From positions 300,001 to 332,000 of the forward strand of contig JAUIFI010000001.1 of NCBI GenBank assembly GCA_030429505.1: 32,000 nucleotides of DNA, in the 5' to 3' direction. Source of the DNA: Candidatus Saccharimonadota bacterium. Its GTDB lineage: Bacteria > Patescibacteriota > Gracilibacteria > UBA4473. A program made the translations under genes and the position numbers. Of the stretch, positions 28,002-32,000 are shown one piece after another (position 1 is the first letter of the stretch; every line of letters starts with the position of its first letter). A model generated the notes under the pieces. The model had not been told where the DNA came from. It was given only the letters and a program-made list of their open reading frames with translations, and did no database searches.

Positions 28002-29078
28002 ATGGATTTTGAAAAAGTAATCGCTTACGCTGAGGAAAAAGACGCATCAGATGTACATTTTTCCGTTGATATGCCCGTTTTTATACGTATCAACAAACAA
28101 ATGATGCCTATGGGAGAAGAAAAGCTTAAAGTAGAAGACATTGAGGCTTTGGCTGACAAGTTACTCCATGAAAGACAAAAACAAATTCTTAAAGAACGAA
28201 GACAAGTGGACTTTTTAGCGGTAATGAAAAGTGGATTGCGTCTGAGAGGAAACGCTTTTTATCAACAATATGGACTGTCCATTTCATTCCGAGTCATTCC
28301 GAAAAAAATTCGAGAATTATCTGAAATTGGATTTCCACAATTTCTCTATGATCGCGTCATGAAAACCCAACAAGGTTTAATTTTAGTCGTTGGACCAACA
28401 GGACAAGGAAAGACTACTACGCTTGCCTCTATTCTTCAGGAGAGAATGCGAAACAAAACAGAGCATATTATTACAATCGAAGATCCAATCGAATATGTCC
28501 TTCCTAGTGGAAAAGGTATCGTACAACAACGAGAAGTTGGACGAGATGTTATAGATTTTACTTTTGGAATTGAGTCTTCACTCAGAGAGGATCCAGACGT
28601 TTTGATGGTCGGAGAAATGAGGAATTTGGAAACTATTTCTTCGGCTCTCACCATGGCAGAAACTGGGCATACAGTATTCTCTACACTTCATACAAATGAT
28701 GGTCCTCAGACCATTACTCGTATCATCGACGTATTTCCGGCTGACAAACAAGATCAAATCAGATCGCAATTGGCCACAACATTAAAACTTATCGTTTCTC
28801 AAAGACTAGTTCCTACAACTGATGGAGAAGGTCTTGTTCTTGCCTACGAAGTTCTGACCAGTAATTACGCTATTCAAAACTACATCAGACAAAACAAAAT
28901 CTTCCAGATTCCAAATGTTTTGCAGACTGACTCTTCAGGATACATGGTACAATTTGAACAATCTCTTGCAGGACTCGTAATTGAAGGAACAATTTCTAAG
29001 GATATTGCTTTAGAATATTCAGAAGATCCAGAACAACTCAGCGCTATACTTACCGCCAACGGATATAAAAGTGAGTAA
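28002..29078 (+). CDS. pilT: Type IV pilus retraction ATPase PilT
   Basis: 358 aa. N-terminal ASDVHFSVDMPVFIRIN, Walker A GPTGQGKTTT, Walker B/Asp box DPDVLMVGEMR, and His box TGHTVFSTLHTN. The size and N-terminus fit PilT rather than PilB. Confidence 0.88.
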   Translation: MDFEKVIAYAEEKDASDVHFSVDMPVFIRINKQMMPMGEEKLKVEDIEALADKLLHERQKQILKERRQVDFLAVMKSGLRLRGNAFYQQYGLSISFRVIPKKIRELSEIGFPQFLYDRVMKTQQGLILVVGPTGQGKTTTLASILQERMRNKTEHIITIEDPIEYVLPSGKGIVQQREVGRDVIDFTFGIESSLREDPDVLMVGEMRNLETISSALTMAETGHTVFSTLHTNDGPQTITRIIDVFPADKQDQIRSQLATTLKLIVSQRLVPTTDGEGLVLAYEVLTSNYAIQNYIRQNKIFQIPNVLQTDSSGYMVQFEQSLAGLVIEGTISKDIALEYSEDPEQLSAILTANGYKSE

Positions 29079-29128
29079 AAAATAGCTTAAAAATATCCAT
29101 ATTACACGAAAGTTTCAATATGAATCTG

Positions 29129-29157
29129 TTGATCATTTAGCTCTGATCATGAATAAT
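29129..29157 (+). promoter_or_regulatory. Putative promoter for dnaE, leaderless geometry
   Basis: TTGATC (29129-29134), 17 nt, AATAAT (29152-29157), 7 nt before ATG 29165. The spacer contains paired TGATCA palindromes (29130-29135 and 29144-29149). Confidence 0.4.
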
Positions 29158-29164
29158 AAGGATA

Positions 29165-32000
29165 ATGGGAAAGCCTTTTGTGAACCTTCATACTCACTCC
29201 TTTTATTCATTGCTTCACGCTTCAGCAAGTCCAAAAGACATTATAACAAAAGCTGCTTCTCTAGGCTGCCCGGCAGTAGCACTAACTGATAGTGGGGCAG
29301 GATACGGCTTAGTTGATTTCTACGAACAAGCTGAGAAGAATGGGAAAGTAAAACCTATCTTAGGGGCGGAAATGTTCATAGCCCAAGATTCTCGATTTGA
29401 ACAACGTATGGGCATCGATGGACAAGAGGGGTATATTGTCGTTCTTGCAAGAAATAAACAAGGATATCAAAACCTACTTAAATTGGTTTCTCATGGTTAC
29501 CTAGAAGGAATTTACTCCTATTCCAATCGTCCACGAATTGACTTTGAATTACTTGAAAAATACAAAGAAGGCTTAATTGTTTTAACCGGAGGAGTAAAAG
29601 GAAGTATAGGAAAAATATTCTTTGAAAGAGGGGAGTCTAAAGCTATCGAATATTTCAACCGTCTTCAAAATCTCTTTAAAGATAATCTGTATATCGAACT
29701 TATTGCAAATACCAGTCCAGATCAAAAGGAAGTAAATCAATTCAAATACCAATTAGCAAAAAACCATAATCAAAAAATGATTATCACTTCAGACGCTCAT
29801 TTTACCACTGAAGAAAACGAAGAAGCTACAAACATTTTATATTGCATCAGTACAAGTCAAACACTCACAGACCATCATTTTAAATCACCTATCACAGGAA
29901 GTTTTTTTAAAAGTTTTGAAGAAATGTGTAAAGAACTTCATTATTTTGATGAATCCGTATTAGAAGAAGCTCGTCAAAACACCTTATCCATAGCCGAAAC
30001 GATAGATTTTAAACTAGAGTTCAATCAAAATCTTCTTCCTCAATTTAAAGTACCAAACGGAGAAACGGAAGCAAGCCAACTCAGAAAGCTTTGTGAAGAA
30101 AATATTCCAAAGCGATATGGAAAGAGTTCTGTTTCGGAAATCAAAGAAAGGCTTGAGTATGAACTTTCTATTATTGGCAAAATGGGTTTTGAAGCCTATT
30201 TCCTTATCGTAGCTGACTTAATAAATTTTGCTCGCAAAAACGAGATCGCAGTCGGACCAGGGCGGGGAAGTGCAGCTGGTTCGATTGTGGCATACCTTCT
30301 TGGCATTACAAATATTGACCCCATCAAGTATGAACTTCTCTTCGAACGATTTCTCAATCCAGAAAGAATTTCTATGCCTGATATTGATATTGATTTTTCA
30401 GATGAAAGACGAGAAGAAGTCTTTCAATATGTCATAGAAAAATATGGAGCTGAAAAAGTTTCCAAAGTTTGTACTTTTGGAACTTTGAGTGCGAAAGCTG
30501 CCCTCAAAGATGTGGGAAGAGCATTAGGGGTTCCCTTTTCTGAAATGAATGCATTTACCAAAATTCTTCCCAACAAGCCAGGATTTATGCTGGAAAATGC
30601 TCCTAAAATCCCAGACTTCAAAACCCTCATTGACACGAAATCATATCTGAAAAAAGTCTTTAGCATTGCTCAAAAACTAGAAGGTTGCGTCCGCCATGTT
30701 TCCGTTCATGCTTGTGCAGTGATTATCGGTCGAGATGATCTGACTCAATCTACTCCTCTACAATGGGCACCTACTTCAGATCAAGTTAAAATCACACAAT
30801 TTCCTTATCAACAACTTGAACATCTTGGACTTCTTAAAATGGACTTCTTAGGACTAAAAAACTTATCAGTCCTAGAAAAAACACTTGTTCACATAAAATC
30901 TACCACGAACCAAGACTTGGATTTAAACACAATTCCTATTGATGACACAAAAACATTCGAAATGCTTTCTCGAGGAGAAACTACGGGAGTATTTCAATTT
31001 GAATCATCAGGAATGCGTCGATACTTACGAGATCTTCGTCCGACTGAATTTGAAGATTTAGTCGCTATGAATGCTCTCTATCGTCCTGGTCCTATGGAGT
31101 ACATCCCGATTTATATTCGTGGAAAGCATAATCCTAAAAAAGTTCGCTACGCTCACAAAATACTCAAACCGATTTTACAAAAAACTTACGGTATTGCTGT
31201 CTACCAAGAACAAGTCATGAAAATTGCACAAGTTTTCTCAGGATTCACTCTTGGAGAGGCTGATATTTTGAGGAAAGCCATCGGAAAAAAAATTATCTCC
31301 ATACTCGGAGAACAAAGACAAAAATTTATCAATGGAGCCATCAAAAATGGTTTTGATGAAAAACTTGCTATCAAGATGTTTGATGAGGTGGTCGTTCCAT
31401 TTGCTGGCTATGGGTTTAATCGATCTCATGCAGTCTGCTATGCCAGAATTGCGTACGAAACAGCTTATTTACGAGCCAACTACCCCGTAGAATTCATGTC
31501 CGCCATGATGACTACAGATCGCCATAACACCGACCGGATTGTTCTTGAAATGAATGAATGTCAAAACATGGGTATCGAAGTTCTCCCTCCATCTATTAAT
31601 CAATCAGGCGCTTATTTTACTATTATCAGGCATCCAAACTCTCAAGAACAAACCTCTCTGAAAGATGTATCAGAACCCAAACAAAAAATTCGATTTGGTC
31701 TTATTGCCATAAAAGGTTTAGGGGAAGATCCCGTCAACCAAATTATCCAAGAACGCAAACAAAACGGCTCCTATAAATCGCTCCAGGACTTTGCCCGTCG
31801 AGTTCCAATCAAACTTCTCAACAAAAAGACACTTGAAGCCCTTGCTTTTTCTGGTGCCTTTGATGAGTTTGGCGATCGTAAAGCCATTGTTGATTCGTTA
31901 GATGACTTAGCAAAGTTTGCCAAAGAACACCAAACCAAGACTGAAGCCGGACAAATGGGGCTTTTTGGCGGGATAGACAGTGGTGCGATCGAATTTACCT
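29165..32000 (+). CDS. dnaE: DNA polymerase III alpha subunit, 3'-truncated by the window edge (945 aa visible)
   Basis: Absent from the ORF track because it has no stop in the window. My translation from ATG 29165 is stop-free to nt 32000: MGKPFVNLHTHSFYSLLHASASPKDII (PHP domain), GPGRGSAAGSIVAYLLGITNIDP, FERFLNPERISMPDIDIDF, HACAVIIG, LKMDFLGLKNLS, FQFESSGMR, LYRPGPM, YGFNRSHAVCYA. Confidence 0.95.
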   Translation, partial: MGKPFVNLHTHSFYSLLHASASPKDIITKAASLGCPAVALTDSGAGYGLVDFYEQAEKNGKVKPILGAEMFIAQDSRFEQRMGIDGQEGYIVVLARNKQGYQNLLKLVSHGYLEGIYSYSNRPRIDFELLEKYKEGLIVLTGGVKGSIGKIFFERGESKAIEYFNRLQNLFKDNLYIELIANTSPDQKEVNQFKYQLAKNHNQKMIITSDAHFTTEENEEATNILYCISTSQTLTDHHFKSPITGSFFKSFEEMCKELHYFDESVLEEARQNTLSIAETIDFKLEFNQNLLPQFKVPNGETEASQLRKLCEENIPKRYGKSSVSEIKERLEYELSIIGKMGFEAYFLIVADLINFARKNEIAVGPGRGSAAGSIVAYLLGITNIDPIKYELLFERFLNPERISMPDIDIDFSDERREEVFQYVIEKYGAEKVSKVCTFGTLSAKAALKDVGRALGVPFSEMNAFTKILPNKPGFMLENAPKIPDFKTLIDTKSYLKKVFSIAQKLEGCVRHVSVHACAVIIGRDDLTQSTPLQWAPTSDQVKITQFPYQQLEHLGLLKMDFLGLKNLSVLEKTLVHIKSTTNQDLDLNTIPIDDTKTFEMLSRGETTGVFQFESSGMRRYLRDLRPTEFEDLVAMNALYRPGPMEYIPIYIRGKHNPKKVRYAHKILKPILQKTYGIAVYQEQVMKIAQVFSGFTLGEADILRKAIGKKIISILGEQRQKFINGAIKNGFDEKLAIKMFDEVVVPFAGYGFNRSHAVCYARIAYETAYLRANYPVEFMSAMMTTDRHNTDRIVLEMNECQNMGIEVLPPSINQSGAYFTIIRHPNSQEQTSLKDVSEPKQKIRFGLIAIKGLGEDPVNQIIQERKQNGSYKSLQDFARRVPIKLLNKKTLEALAFSGAFDEFGDRKAIVDSLDDLAKFAKEHQTKTEAGQMGLFGGIDSGAIEFT

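Noticed and set aside
29165-32000. Apparent gene desert after pilT in the ORF track
   Set aside because: This is not a desert. Manual translation shows an intact dnaE ORF that simply lacks a stop inside the window and was therefore omitted from the track.

Overview
AT-rich bacterial chromosomal window read with the standard code: secA, gyrB and dnaE are uninterrupted, and TGA, TAA and TAG all end conserved genes at normal lengths. Gene content is mostly housekeeping and cell envelope. Confident calls are gyrB, secA, dnaE, trmD, nth, mltG, a ybaB-like gene, a HIT protein, pilT, a type IV pilin, an M23 peptidase, a GT4 glycosyltransferase, a pyruvyl-transferase-like gene, an orphan membrane histidine kinase, a SAM methyltransferase, tRNA-Pro(UGG) and tRNA-His(GUG). 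dnaE (29165..32000) and the first gene (1..1980) run off the window edges; the ORF track omits dnaE entirely and starts the first gene at an internal GTG. The small genes, near-absent Shine-Dalgarno sites, scattered type IV pilus genes and many secreted hypotheticals suggest an uncultivated, reduced-genome lineage (inference only). I found no CRISPR array, transposase, integrase, reverse transcriptase, toxin-antitoxin pair or recognisable defence gene. No clearly defined novel system can be demonstrated from sequence alone. The best candidates are: (1) a tightly coupled GT4-linked operon of three unrecognisable, Cys-paired, probably secreted proteins (13087..15620); (2) a GC-rich, hairpin-dense ~180-nt non-coding segment upstream of and co-oriented with tRNA-Pro (5164..5345); (3) an NrnA/DHH-fold protein with every catalytic motif substituted (7167..8585); (4) an internally duplicated orphan gene carrying the only perfect AGGAGG RBS in the window (24330..25116); (5) a convergent pair of apparently 3'-truncated genes suggesting a deletion scar (17583..19079); (6) recurrent -10-like boxes 6-9 nt from start codons, implying widespread leaderless translation.
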